Below, one piece after another: positions 1 through 11,900 of a DNA stretch of 64,000 nt (the stretch's first letter is position 1; every line of letters begins with the position of its first letter). The DNA is from an uncultured virus (IMG/VR IMGVR_UViG_3300021963_000039) (lineage: Duplodnaviria; Heunggongvirae; Uroviricota; Caudoviricetes). The notes under the pieces are model-generated. The model had not been told where the DNA came from, did no database searches, and worked only from the letters and a program-made list of their open reading frames with translations. The translations under genes were made by a program, and so were the position numbers. The stretch lies in the IMG/VR virus record IMGVR_UViG_3300021963_000039. The stretch is one strand, 5' to 3'.

Positions 1-269
1 ACATTATGAACAAACCCAACACAATCCAAAGTAATGGAAGGATGCTCTAGTGGTCCCCAGTGCCCTCTTTCGTTCGCAAGTAGTTGCTCCACCGCCCACT
101 CACCACATTCCTTCTCATTTGGTGGAAACTTGGTGTGAATAGGGTCTTCACTATAATCATTTTTACCCGCCTGCCATACAAGAGTTTGTGGAAGTTGTGT
201 CTGTCGGATCATCACAACCTGCATGCGATGATCCAGTTCCAGAAGGTCTTTTGCTTTAATCGGTTTCAT
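1..269 (-). CDS. thyX: FAD-dependent thymidylate synthase ThyX, N-terminal part (runs off window)
   Basis: Manual translation MKPIKAKDLLELDHRMQV...ERGHWGPLEHPSITLDCVGFVHNV; GHxGPLEHP motif of cyanobacterial-type ThyX; not in ORF track. Confidence 0.8.
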   Translation of the reverse strand, partial: MKPIKAKDLLELDHRMQVVMIRQTQLPQTLVWQAGKNDYSEDPIHTKFPPNEKECGEWAVEQLLANERGHWGPLEHPSITLDCVGFVHN

Positions 270-430
270 TTTCCAAATCCTTTTGATGTTTTTGTCTCAA
301 TAATTGCGAGTTCTTCCTTAATCACCCGCAATTGTGATTTCATTTGTTTCAGTTGTTCGTCACTATAAAGATGATCCTGTCTAATCAGTTTCTCTAAAAG
401 TTTTACCAGTTGCCGTGCTCTCTTACTCAT
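266..430 (-). CDS. small hypothetical protein (54 aa)
   Basis: MSKRARQLVKLLEKLIRQDHLYS...SKGFGK; ATGA overlaps with both neighbours. Confidence 0.7.
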   Translation of the reverse strand: MSKRARQLVKLLEKLIRQDHLYSDEQLKQMKSQLRVIKEELAIIETKTSKGFGK

Positions 431-573
431 TCTCCAAAAACCTCATCATAATCTTCTTCTAATGGAACAATATCAGATATTTTATATGTCTCGTCGGTTA
501 AAATCTCTACCTTAAGGCTATCGAGAAGAAGTTCCATATTTCTCAAAATCAATTTAATTTTATCTCTATCCAT
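427..573 (-). CDS. small acidic hypothetical protein (48 aa)
   Basis: MDRDKIKLILRNMELLLDSLKVEI...; downstream of a sigma70-like promoter, coupled to next gene. Confidence 0.7.
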   Translation of the reverse strand: MDRDKIKLILRNMELLLDSLKVEILTDETYKISDIVPLEEDYDEVFGE

Positions 574-595
574 TTAACGAGTTCATACTGTTCCT

Positions 596-633
596 ATTAT
601 ACAAAAAAAGAGAGAATTAGTCAATTCTCTCTT
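596..633 (-). promoter_or_regulatory. intrinsic terminator overlapping a sigma70-like promoter
   Basis: Minus strand AAGAGAGAATTGACTAATTCTCTCTTTTTTTGTATAAT: hairpin + U tract; TTGACT-17-TATAAT. Confidence 0.7.
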
Positions 634-687
634 AAAAAACCTTTTGGGGCAAAATTTTTGGGGAGATTTTTTCGCCCTTCTGGGAAA

Positions 688-1056
688 TCACTTTCGCCTT
701 TTTCTTTCGGCTGGTTTATAACCCCACGATCTTGGATTTATTTTTCCACATCCAAAATCAATTTTTTTAATCACTCCGGCACCAAACTTATCATAATACA
801 TATCAAAGATACTTACTCTCTTTCCTCTACATAAGTCCAGATGCTTTTTGCCATCAATTTCATAAAATACAATATAGGCATCACTTGGATAATTAGGAGA
901 CCTCACATCATCAACCGAACCATCAGAAACTAATACCTCACAACTATATTGTGGTGGAAGTGATTTTTGTTCTTCAGGGGACCAGTTCATTAGTGTTTCC
1001 GTATTTTTTGCTCTCTCAACTACATCACGAAGCCTACTCACGAACGACCTCCCCAT
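688..1056 (-). CDS. hypothetical protein
   Basis: 122-aa ORF in minus-strand gene run. Confidence 0.7.
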   Translation of the reverse strand: MGRSFVSRLRDVVERAKNTETLMNWSPEEQKSLPPQYSCEVLVSDGSVDDVRSPNYPSDAYIVFYEIDGKKHLDLCRGKRVSIFDMYYDKFGAGVIKKIDFGCGKINPRSWGYKPAERKRRK

Positions 1057-1634
1057 TTAATATCGGGATATGCCTGTGAGACAATCTCTTTTGTTATCTT
1101 ATATTTAGTTTCGAGTTTCTTATCTTTAACGAGAAAAAGGATTTCTGCCTCAAGAGGATGAAGACCTTCGAGAACATTAATAAACATCGTTTCTCTACGA
1201 AGAGAACTCAATCCATCATTTCCACCCTTGATGAAATTATAAAACTTTGTATATTCTTTGCGAATTGAAGAACGTCCCTGATCCTGTGATCCAAGTGATC
1301 GGGAATTAAGTTCTTCCATTTTACCAACGGCATCTTCAATTTTGCCGGATAGTGTTCCACTAAAAGAACCTTGTTCTCCAACACTGGAGTAAGGAACAAT
1401 TCCATCGGGAAGAGCTGATTTAATACTCTCATCAAAGTTCCAAATCAAAATGGACTTTAATGATGGGTCTTCATATCGCTGAAGAACCTCAACTTTCTTT
1501 AAGTTAGTTCTTTGTTTTGATACAAGAGTAAGAACTTCAAAGACAAATGGATTTGCCGGAAGACTATCAACCGCTGGTACGGATTGTGATACCTTTGGTT
1601 TTGTAACTGGTGTTTTTGCTTTTGTCGCGGTCAT
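1038..1634 (-). CDS. conserved T4-like phage hypothetical protein
   Basis: 198-aa ORF with RRETMFINVLEGLHPLEAEIL motif; CTAAATA late promoter at ~1664-1670. Confidence 0.75.
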   Translation of the reverse strand: MTATKAKTPVTKPKVSQSVPAVDSLPANPFVFEVLTLVSKQRTNLKKVEVLQRYEDPSLKSILIWNFDESIKSALPDGIVPYSSVGEQGSFSGTLSGKIEDAVGKMEELNSRSLGSQDQGRSSIRKEYTKFYNFIKGGNDGLSSLRRETMFINVLEGLHPLEAEILFLVKDKKLETKYKITKEIVSQAYPDIKWGGRS

Positions 1635-1673
1635 AGTTATTTTATTAAATAATAAGTTGAAAATATTTAGTGA

Positions 1674-1943
1674 TTATTCTTCATCATCATCGTCGTCATC
1701 GTCGTCATCATTAAACAGACCTCCATATTCTTGTTGAAATCCTTCATAAAAATCTGGTGAAACACTTAAAGAAACCACTTCATCAGCGATCAAGTTTCCG
1801 TCTTTATCAAAGAGTTCTGGATGCTGTCTGGGTATCTCACGATAATTCATCATATATTCTCTGGAAACCCATCCAACCATTATTCCCACAACAAAAAACA
1901 TTATGATAATGAACGAACCGAAAACTAAACTTGTAGCTAACAT
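1674..1943 (-). CDS. membrane protein, DUF2973-like
   Basis: N-terminal TM helix, HPELFDKDGNL motif, poly-Asp tail. Confidence 0.6.
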   Translation of the reverse strand: MLATSLVFGSFIIIMFFVVGIMVGWVSREYMMNYREIPRQHPELFDKDGNLIADEVVSLSVSPDFYEGFQQEYGGLFNDDDDDDDDDEE

Positions 1944-1964
1944 TTGTTTTCTCCGGTGAGGAAG

Positions 1965-2141
1965 TTATTCGATCTTACGAGTTTTGATCGATAATTCAAA
2001 GTAGATAGTTATTTCTTTCTTAAAGAGAAGAATTAACTTTTCGTAAATAATACCAAAAGGTTGTGATTTCTTTTGTTTTCCTCCGCTTAATATTAACTCA
2101 ATACCACGATTTGGTGTGATATTGTTATTTAGGTTAGACAT
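1965..2141 (-). CDS. small hypothetical protein (58 aa)
   Basis: MSNLNNNITPNRGIELILSGG...; start overlaps glutaredoxin stop (TAATG). Confidence 0.55.
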   Translation of the reverse strand: MSNLNNNITPNRGIELILSGGKQKKSQPFGIIYEKLILLFKKEITIYFELSIKTRKIE

Positions 2142-2377
2142 TAAACAATATGATTTTCCTGAAGAAACTTGACTGTTTGTGAAGCTCCTCCTAATTTTTT
2201 ATCATTACAGATGACTTGAGGAAATGTGGAACCCTCACCAAACTCGGCATAAAACTCATCTTTGGTAAAGTGCTCTTCAAGATTATACACCACAAAGGTA
2301 CTTCCTGTCAATTCCAGAACTTGTTTAATCTTGTAGCAGTGAGGGCAATTGTCTTTGGAATATATGGTAAAGTTCAT
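2141..2377 (-). CDS. nrdC: glutaredoxin
   Basis: IYSKDNCPHC (CxxC) and TFPQV...LGG motifs. Confidence 0.9.
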   Translation of the reverse strand: MNFTIYSKDNCPHCYKIKQVLELTGSTFVVYNLEEHFTKDEFYAEFGEGSTFPQVICNDKKLGGASQTVKFLQENHIV

Positions 2378-2449
2378 TATAATTTTAAATAATATACAGC
2401 ATACAATATTTTTTAGTTAATGTCAATATCAGTTTCTCTTTTTAGTTAT

Positions 2450-2905
2450 TTATGTCTGGGGTGATAATGCCTGAATAAAACTCTCTGGTAAATCATATTC
2501 TCCGGCAATTTGCTGAACTGTGGTAATAAGTTCTGGTGAGATAAGTTCCATCGCATAAGCAGCATTCCAGGAATTAAGAAAAACTCTACTATCTCCTTCG
2601 CTAGCGTTCTGTAGTCCAACAAAAAGACCACCATAAGGACCCGGTGCGTTTTGTACTACCTCACCCAGCATTAGATTGACTGATGGATGTGCCATAACGA
2701 CGGCACTAAAATCTACCCAGCGTGGAACACTTGGATATTCACCGGGGACCTCAACACAACTGACAGGCCACCAACCGCTGCCACCTTCTGTGTAAGCGAG
2801 TTCTAGAATCTGTCCATATTGTCCGTTTTCTATAGTTAAAATGGTCGCAGTGGCATCTGGTCCTTCTCCTATGCGATTAACTAATTGTCCGATGGTGTAG
2901 TTCAT
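2450..2905 (-). CDS. hypothetical protein, possible tail-fiber assembly/accessory protein
   Basis: 151-aa ORF directly after the fiber gene; GC-richer like the fiber tip. Confidence 0.6.
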   Translation of the reverse strand: MNYTIGQLVNRIGEGPDATATILTIENGQYGQILELAYTEGGSGWWPVSCVEVPGEYPSVPRWVDFSAVVMAHPSVNLMLGEVVQNAPGPYGGLFVGLQNASEGDSRVFLNSWNAAYAMELISPELITTVQQIAGEYDLPESFIQALSPQT

Positions 2906-2944
2906 AAGATGTGAGTTTTATGTGATTGGTGTAATTTATAAGAT

Positions 2945-5900
2945 TTAAGGAGATGTCATCACCCGAATTCCGGTTCCAGAATCAGAAACAGCAGCCAGAA
3001 TACTTTGCTCTGGGGACCAGCATACGCTGGTCCACTGGATATCTGCGGCAGCGGTCCTTCCAGTCCAGTTGATTCCATCCGGGCTGGTCATTACACGGTT
3101 AGTGTTGTTATTTGATACGGCAACAAATAGTCCCAACTCGGCAGCCCAGCATACGCTGAGCCACTGGTTATCTGCGGCGCTGGTCCGGGAAGTCCAGTTG
3201 ATTCCATCCGGGCTAGTCATCACACGGTTTCCGGATCCGTCGTATGAAACGGCAACAAAAAGTCCTAACTCGGGAGACCAGCAGAGACCCACCCAAACAT
3301 TCTGCGCGGCAGCGGTCCTTCCAGTCCAGTTGATTCCATCCGTGCTGGTCATCACCCTCTGCGATCCAGTTCCATTATTTGCCGCACCAGAAACAGCAAC
3401 AAACAGTCCCAACTCCGAAGCCCAAACGACGCTGAACCACTGGTTATCTTGGACTCCATTTGTTATGGTCCAGTTGATTCCATTCGAGCTGTACATCACA
3501 CAATCTAGTCCATTATAATTTGAAACAGCAACAAGCCGTCCCAACTCGGGAGACCAGCAGACAGATTGCCAATCTTTATTGAAACTCTGGCTTTGGGTGG
3601 TCCAGGTTGTTCCATTCGGGCTGGTCATTACCCGGTTAGCAGCTCCGCTCCAAGCAACAGCAACAAACAGTCCCAACTCGGCAGCCCAGCAAATACCCCT
3701 CCAGTTGTTGGCGGTGGTGGCGGCCTGCGAAGTCCAGTTGATTCCATTCGGGCTGGTCATTACACGGTTGGTGCCGGTGGAACTGACGGCAGCAAACATT
3801 CTCAACTCGGGGGACCAGGCAACGGCGTTCCAACTGTTATCTGCGGCACTGGTGCGACTGGTCCATGTCTGACGGGCCCAATAGTTTGCCATAGAAGATG
3901 TGGCACCTCTACCGCTAAAATAGGTTGCCTTTACTGTTCCATTAACATCAAGTTTTTTCGTAGGATTGGTGGTTCCAATACCAAGATTACCTGAAACATA
4001 GGCACCACCAGTAACTTGAAGTCTTTGTAATGCGGTTCCTGTTGATGTCCCAGTTCCTATTAATACTGGTCCGTTGGTGAATGTAGAAATACCAGTAATA
4101 CTTAATGAGGTTCCTACAATATTAGTACCACTAACAGAACCACCAACAAATTCACCATATATACCGCTATAAAGACGAGTAGCGGTTAAGACACCGGAGA
4201 CTAATACATCACCAACTACTGTGAGTTTTGATGTTGGAGTTGTGGTTCCAATACCAAGATTACCTGAAACATAGGCACCACCAGTAACTTGAAGTCTTTG
4301 TAATGCGGTTCCTGTTGATGTCCCAGTTCCTATTAATACTGGTCCGTTGGTGAATGTAGAAATACCAGTAATAGAAAGTGATGTTCCTACAATATTACTA
4401 CCACTAATAGAACCACCAACAAACTCACCATATATACCACTATAAAGACGAGTGGCAGTTAGAACACCAGAGACTAATACATCTCCAATTACGTGAAGTT
4501 TTGATGTGGGATTTGTGGTTCCTAATCCTATATTTCCGCCATAAGGTCCAAGTTGTATGGTTCCATTCGCATCCACATCAATACTTGGAATACCGGATAC
4601 ATCATTTACAGAATATATTGACCCTGTGGTTAGATTATTTGTAATTGAGAATAACTGACCTGCCGAACCTTCCCAACTTAAGGTTCCGGAGTTAAGAGTA
4701 TCATAAGGAACTATATCAATTACTGTTCCAATACCAAGTGTGGAGGCAATAGAGACATCACCTCTTACATCCAGTTTTGATAATGGATTTGTGGTTCTAA
4801 TACCAAGATTGCCAGTTGAGGGATTAAATACAAGACCAGTTGTGGTAACTCCAAGTCCGGTTGTATTGCCAGTTCCTATCGCATAAGTTAAGAATTGAGA
4901 TTGATTAGTGGTATTTGTTGATATTGATATGGAACCTCCACCACTACTATTGGAATTAATTGTAACCTGACCCGTTCCGCTGGGAGAAATAGTTATATTT
5001 GTTCCGGCAACAATTGAGGTTACAATACCCGTTAAGTTAAGACCATCACCATAATAGGTTACTCCAATTCCTCCTACGGTAGCACCAGTACCAACAGGAG
5101 ACATCCTGAAGTTCGCTATTGTAGAAATACCAGTAATAGAAAGTGATGTTCCTACAATACTTCTTAAGGTTGTAATTCCGGAGACATCTAATGAAGTAAC
5201 AGAAGCAATACCACCGATTACATTAGTTGCTATTCCTGCTCTATCGGCATAAGACGCTACGGATACACCAATACCAGTTAATTGAGAACCATCACCATAA
5301 TAGGTTACGACACCAGTAGTGGCAGTAATAATACCCGAAGATATTTTAACGGTTCCTAATGTAGAAATACCAGTAATAGAAAGTGATGTTCCTACGATAT
5401 TATTAAAGGTAGAAACACCGGAGACACTTAATTGAGTGACGGAAGCAATACCACCAATTACATTCGTAGCAATACCTGCTCTTTCGGCATAAGTTGCTAT
5501 ACCAGCAGTAGTAGCATATCCAGAAACTATATTAGTTAATTGAGAACCATCACCATAATAAGTTACAACACCAATTCCTCCTACGGTGGCACCAGTACCT
5601 ACATTTGTAATTGTAAGATTTGCTATGGTACTGATACCAGAGATACTTAGAGCAGTTCCTACAATACTTGCTAATGTTGTTATGCCGGTTACATTAAGTT
5701 GCGAAACAGAAGCAATACCACCGATTACATTAGTGGAATTAGTGGCAATACCAGCAGTAGTAGCATAACCCGAAACTATATTTGTTAGATTACGACCATC
5801 ACCATAATAAGTTACAATACCAACTCCGCCAACAGTAGCACCAGTACCTACCGGTGTCATTAGGAAGTTCGCTATTGTAGAAATACCAGAGATACTTAAA

Positions 5901-8900
5901 GCGGTTCCTACAAGATTTCGTGCGGTTAGAACACCGGAGACTAATACATCTCCAACTACGGTGAGTTTTGATGTTGGAGTTGTGGTTCCAATACCAAGAT
6001 TACCGGACGATAAAAATCTTGCCCATTCAGTTGCACCAGACCCAAATGCCATTCCATAAATAGCACCATTTGGATTATATTCAATATAACCTTGTTCGGT
6101 TACATCAGTTATATTAACAAGTTTTGTTGATGCACTTAACCAATCACTTCCTACAGCATTTCTTGTTGCTTTGATTCTTAAGTATGATGCATTTGTATTG
6201 TAATATAAAAATTGTGCGACGGTAAGTGCCGAACCAACTGTTCCTGCTAAAGTTATTCCAGAACCAACATTAGAAATAACAGCATTTGGAGAAAGTTGTA
6301 GTTGAACAGTTGGATTATTAGTTCCAATACCAATATTACCAATTGCATTCACAACAAAGGGACTACTATCGGGATTGGTAGAATCTTCAACTACCAGAGC
6401 ATTACCAGTTCCAAGTTGTGTAATACGAACCATATCACTTGATGTGGTTCCAGAGAATAATCCAGCAATAGAAGTTGCTGTTGGAACTACATTTAAAGTT
6501 GCTCCTGGATTTGTGGTTCCAATACCCAATGAATCAGTACCAGGATTGAATACTATTGAATTAGCGGATACTGTAATGGACGATATTGTACCAGTGGTGA
6601 TATCGGTCATTAATGGATAATATATTTTAGTATTTTCAGTATTTTCAATTGTATTTTTTATGCTTCCAGTTAGATTAGAACCATCACCATAATAAGTAAC
6701 ACCAATTCCACCAACGGTGGCACCAGTACCTACATTTGTAATTCTAAAGTTTGCTATTGTAGAAATACCGGTAATAGAAAGTGAAGTTCCTACAATACTT
6801 GCTAATGTTGTAATACCCGTAACATTTAAGGAAGTAACGGAAGCAATACCACCTATTACATTAGTGGCGATACCTGCTCTATCAGCATAAGTTACTACAC
6901 CGACAAGAGAACCTGCCGGAACACTACCCCAAGTAGGGACAGTACCATTCCAAATAAGAACTTTATTGGTTTCTGTGGCATTAGTTACAAAAGATGTAAT
7001 TCCAGCAGTATATTGATAAACAACACCAGGACCACCACCAAGATTAGTCGCTATACCGGCAGATGAGGCATAACCAATTAAAGTTCCCTTAAATGTTGTT
7101 GCCGTTATAATTCCAGAAGCATTAATATTTCTTACGACCGCTAAATCATTTTCGGTAAATTGGACTGAACCGGCAGCAAGTCTGGTTCCTACCGGGAATT
7201 GAGTGGAACCAATACCAACAGCATAGTTACTTAACCAAGCATCGGTTCCAAGTCCGGCAAAAGAACCTGCCTTAAACCACATAAATTTCTTATATGTGGC
7301 AGGATTTGTTTCAATACCCGCAATGAATAACTGAACTAATGGAGTTCCTTCAGTCGAAGCAAGAGCAACACCACCATGATTTGCGGTATTGTCATTAGAA
7401 GTATCATTACCAAAAGAATCAGTCCTATAACCAAGAACAATATCTGGGTCAAATATGTTTAATGATTGTGAAAAGATTACGGCAGAAGTACCACCAATCG
7501 TAATGTTTCCATTTACATTTAAGTTACGAATAACCTGAAGGTCTCTGGTAACCGTAACATCTTGTGGTGCCGTAAATTGATTTGGAATACTTAAGGTTAG
7601 TGATGAACCTTCGCTTATTCCGCCCGCAGGTGTAACTGTAATTTGATTTGCGGTTCCTGTGATATCCTTAACATAATCACCAAAGGTATCGGTTCCAAGA
7701 CCAACACTATTTGGTTGGATTGTCGCTGCTAATGATACATTACCGGTTCCATCAAAGAAGATTGGAGAAGCGACAACATCACCGGTAATCTCAAATGTTC
7801 TTTGATATTGGAGTGCTGTAGATACTCCAGCATTAGTAGCGTAAGTAGCAATACCAGAATTGGTGGCGTAAGTCGCTATACCAGAATTGGTGGCGTAAGT
7901 AGCAATACCTGCTGATGTAGCATAAGTAGCAATACCTGCTGATGTCGCATAAGTAGCAATACCTGCTGATGTCGCATAAGTTGCTATACCAGAATTGGTG
8001 GCGTAAGTAGCAATACCTGCTGATGTAGCATAAGTCGCTATACCAGAATTGGTGGCATAAGTTGCTATTCCTGCTGATGTAGCATAAGTCGCTATACCAG
8101 AATTGGTGGCGTAAGTAGCAATACCTGCTGATGTAGCATAAGTTGCTACGCCAGTAATAGAACCCGCATCCACATTACCCCAAACAGGAGCAGAACCATT
8201 CCAACGAAGAACTTGAGTTGATGTTGCTGATGAATTATCTACAAAAGTTGTGATACCGGGATTTAACTGATAAGGAATATTACCAGTAAGACCACCTTTA
8301 AGATTAGTAGCAATACCAGCGTTAGTGGCATAAGATGCTATTCCAGCATTAGTGGCATAAGTTGCTACGCCAGTAATAGAACCCGCATCCACATTACCCC
8401 AAACAGGAGCAGAACCATTCCAACGAAGAACTTGAGTTGATGTTGCTGATGAATTATCTACAAAAGTTGTGGTATCGGGTGCGGATTGATAAACAACATT
8501 ACCGGCATTACCACCTTTAATATGAGTTGATATACCAGCAGTAGTGGCATAACCAGAAGTAGAAACTACATTTGTTAGATTACGACCATCACCATAATAA
8601 GTAACACCAATTCCTCCTACAGTAGCACCAGTACCTACCGGCGTCATTAGGAAGTTTGCTATTGTTGAGATGCCACTAATAGAAAGTGAAGTTCCTACAA
8701 TACGCGATGCTGTTAAGATTCCAGTAACATTAAGTTGTTGTGAAGTTAGATTAGTAGTTGATGTAATTCCTAAAGTAGAAATACCAGAAATACTTAATGA
8801 TGTTCCTACAATACTTGCTAATGTAGTAATTCCAGTAACCAGAAGTTGTTGCGAAGTTAGATTAGCGGTTGATGTAACACCTAATGTGCTGATACCACTA

Positions 8901-11900
8901 ATAGAAAGTGAAGTTCCAACAATACTTCTTAAAGTTGTAATTCCGGAGACATCTAATGAAGTAACAGAGGCAATACCACCAATTACATTAGTAGCAATAC
9001 CTGCTCTTTCGGCATAAGTTACAACACCAACAACAGAAGAAAGATTGATATTAGTTAATCCAGAACCATCACCATAATAAGTAACTCCAATTCCACCAAC
9101 AGTGGCACCAGTACCAACCGGTGTCATTAGGAAGTTTGCTATTGTGCTGATACCACTAATGCTTAATGAGGTTCCAACAATACTTTTTAAGGTTGTAATT
9201 CCAGTAACATTAAGTTGTTGTGAAGTTAGATTAGTGGTTGATGTAATGCCTAATGTTGTTATACCAGTAATAGAAAGTGATGTTCCTACGATACTTGCTA
9301 ATGTTGTTATGCCCGTAACATTTAATGAAGTAACAGAAGCAATACCACCAATTACATTAGTAGCAATACCTGCTCTTTCGGCATAAGTTACAACACCAAC
9401 AACAGAAGAAAGATTGATATTAGTTAATCCAGAACCATCACCATAATAAGTAACTCCAATTCCACCAACAGTGGCACCAGTACCTACATTTGTAATTCTA
9501 AAGTTTGCTATTGTTGATATGCCAGAAATACTTAATGAGGTTCCAACAATACGCGATGCTGTTAAGATACCAGAGACATTAAGTTGTTGCGAAGTTAGAT
9601 TAGTTGTTGATGTAACTCCTAATGTTGTAATACCAGAGACATTAAGTTGTTGTGAAGTTAGATTAGTTGCTGATGTAACTCCTAATGTGCTAATACCGCT
9701 AATAGAAAGTGAAGTTCCAACAATACTTGCTAGTGTTGTAATACCAGTAACACGAAGTTGTTGTGAAGTTAGATTAGTGGTTGATGTAACTCCTAATGTT
9801 GTAATACCAGAGACATTAAGTTGTTGTGAAGTTAGATTAGTTGCTGATGTAACACCTAATGTACTGATACCACTAATGCTTAATGATGTTCCAACAATAC
9901 TTGCTAGTGTTGTAATTCCAGTAACATTTAATGAAGTAACAGAAGCAATACCACCAATTACATTTGTAGCAATTGTAGCAATTCCTGCCGTATCGGCATA
10001 CCCAGAGGAAGAACTAATTTTAGTTAATTGAGAACCATCACCATAATAAGTAACACCAATTCCTCCTACAGTAGCACCAGTACCAACAGGAGACATCCTG
10101 AAGTTCGCTATGGTGCTTATACCACTAATAGAAAGTGATGTTCCTACAATACGAGATGCCGTTAAGATACCAGTAACATTAAGTTGTTGTGAAGTTAGAT
10201 TAGTGGTTGATGTAACTCCTAATGTCGAAACTCCAGAAGAATTAATATTTCTTACGACTGCTAAATCATTTTCTGTAAATTGAACCGAACCAACGGCAAG
10301 TCTAGTTCCTGCCGGGAATTGAGTAGAACCAATACCAATCGCATAATTACTTAACCAAGCATCGGTTCCAAGTCCGGCAAAAGTACCTGCGGAAACCCAT
10401 ACAAATCTTTTATAGGTCGCAGGTAGGGTATCAATACCAACAACAGTAAGATTTACAAGAGGAGTTCCTTCGGTAGAGGCAATCGCAATACCACCAGTAT
10501 TTGCCGTGAGGTCAGTAGAAATATCACTCAGATTTGAGCTGGTTGTAACTCCAAGAAGAATTTGAGAGTCGGTAACAGTAAGTGTTTCGGTATTTAATGT
10601 AGCAGAAGTACCTCCAATCGTAATATTTCCATCTACATTTAGATTATTAGTAACCTGTAAATTATTTCCAATTGTTACATTTCCACCAATTGTTGGATTT
10701 GGGTCAAATGAAATAACAGGCGTTGAACCTTCTCCTGTTCCGCCCGTAACTACAATTTGACCGACTGTACCACTAATTGATTTTAAATAATCACCAAAGG
10801 TATCAGTTCCAAGACCAACACTATTTGGTTGGATTGTTGCCGCGAATGATACATTACCGGTTCCATCAAAGAAGATTGGAGAGGCAGCAACATCACCAGT
10901 AATCTCAAATATTCTTGGATTCTCAAGTTTAGTCGCTGTTGAGATAATTCCAGTAATTCTACCAGCAAAAGTAGAAACTCCGGATACATAAAGTTCACTT
11001 ATTGTTGTAATGCCTAAAGTAGTAATACCAGAGACATTAAGTTGTTGAGTAGTTAGATTAGTAGTTGATGTAATACCTAAAGTAGAAATACCAGAAATAC
11101 TTAATGATGTTCCTACAATACTTGCTAATGTAGTAATTCCAGTAACCAGAAGTTGTTGAGAAGTTAGATTAGTGGTTGATGTAACTCCTAATGTAGTAAT
11201 TCCGGAGACATTAAGTTGACTTATTGTCGTAACACCTAATGTTGTTATACCAGAGACATTCAGTTGACTTATTGATGTAACTCCTAATGTTGTTATACCA
11301 GAGACATTAAGTTGACTTATTGATGTAATTCCTAATGTACTTACACCAGTTACTCTAAAGGTGGAAACAATACCGACATTAAGAGTTGTAATACCGGTTG
11401 CTTCAATATTTACAACTTTTAAATTCTTAATATCAAGTTTATTGGCAAATAATGTTCCCCCTACATATAAGTCTCCACCGGTTGTTGTAATTCCACCAGC
11501 GGAAGCTAAAAATGCCGCGACTAATGTAGAACCGAGACCAACGACATTTAACTGGTCCTTTACTGTAATTTGGTCTATAAAGGCATAATTTCCATAGTAT
11601 CCCAGAGCACTTACAACACCAATAGAACCATCAATTGTAACTCCTGTGGTTCCAAATCCAACCTGAAAATCAGTAGTGGGAATTGTCGTCCCTATACCTA
11701 CATTTTTGGTCGTATATATTCCAGTATCTCCGCTCTTAAGCCATCTTGGGAGAATTGTAATGTCGGCAAAATTGGGATTAATTGGATTTGTAGAGACACC
11801 AATTAACTCATCAGAAATGATATTAAGACCCGTGAAGGAACTTACACCTAATATATTATTATTCTCGGCAACAAAAATAGCATTAGAATCAATAGGAGGA

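Noticed and set aside
84..368. + strand 94-aa ORF
   Set aside because: Antisense to thyX and its upstream gene.
634..690. A/T-tract region as replication origin
   Set aside because: Only homopolymer runs; no iterons or other support.
2945..3900. Diversity-generating retroelement target at fiber C-terminus
   Set aside because: No reverse transcriptase or non-coding template repeat in the window; repeats are in-frame protein repeats.
7826..8148. CRISPR-like array
   Set aside because: No unique spacers; coding 9-aa tandem repeat.
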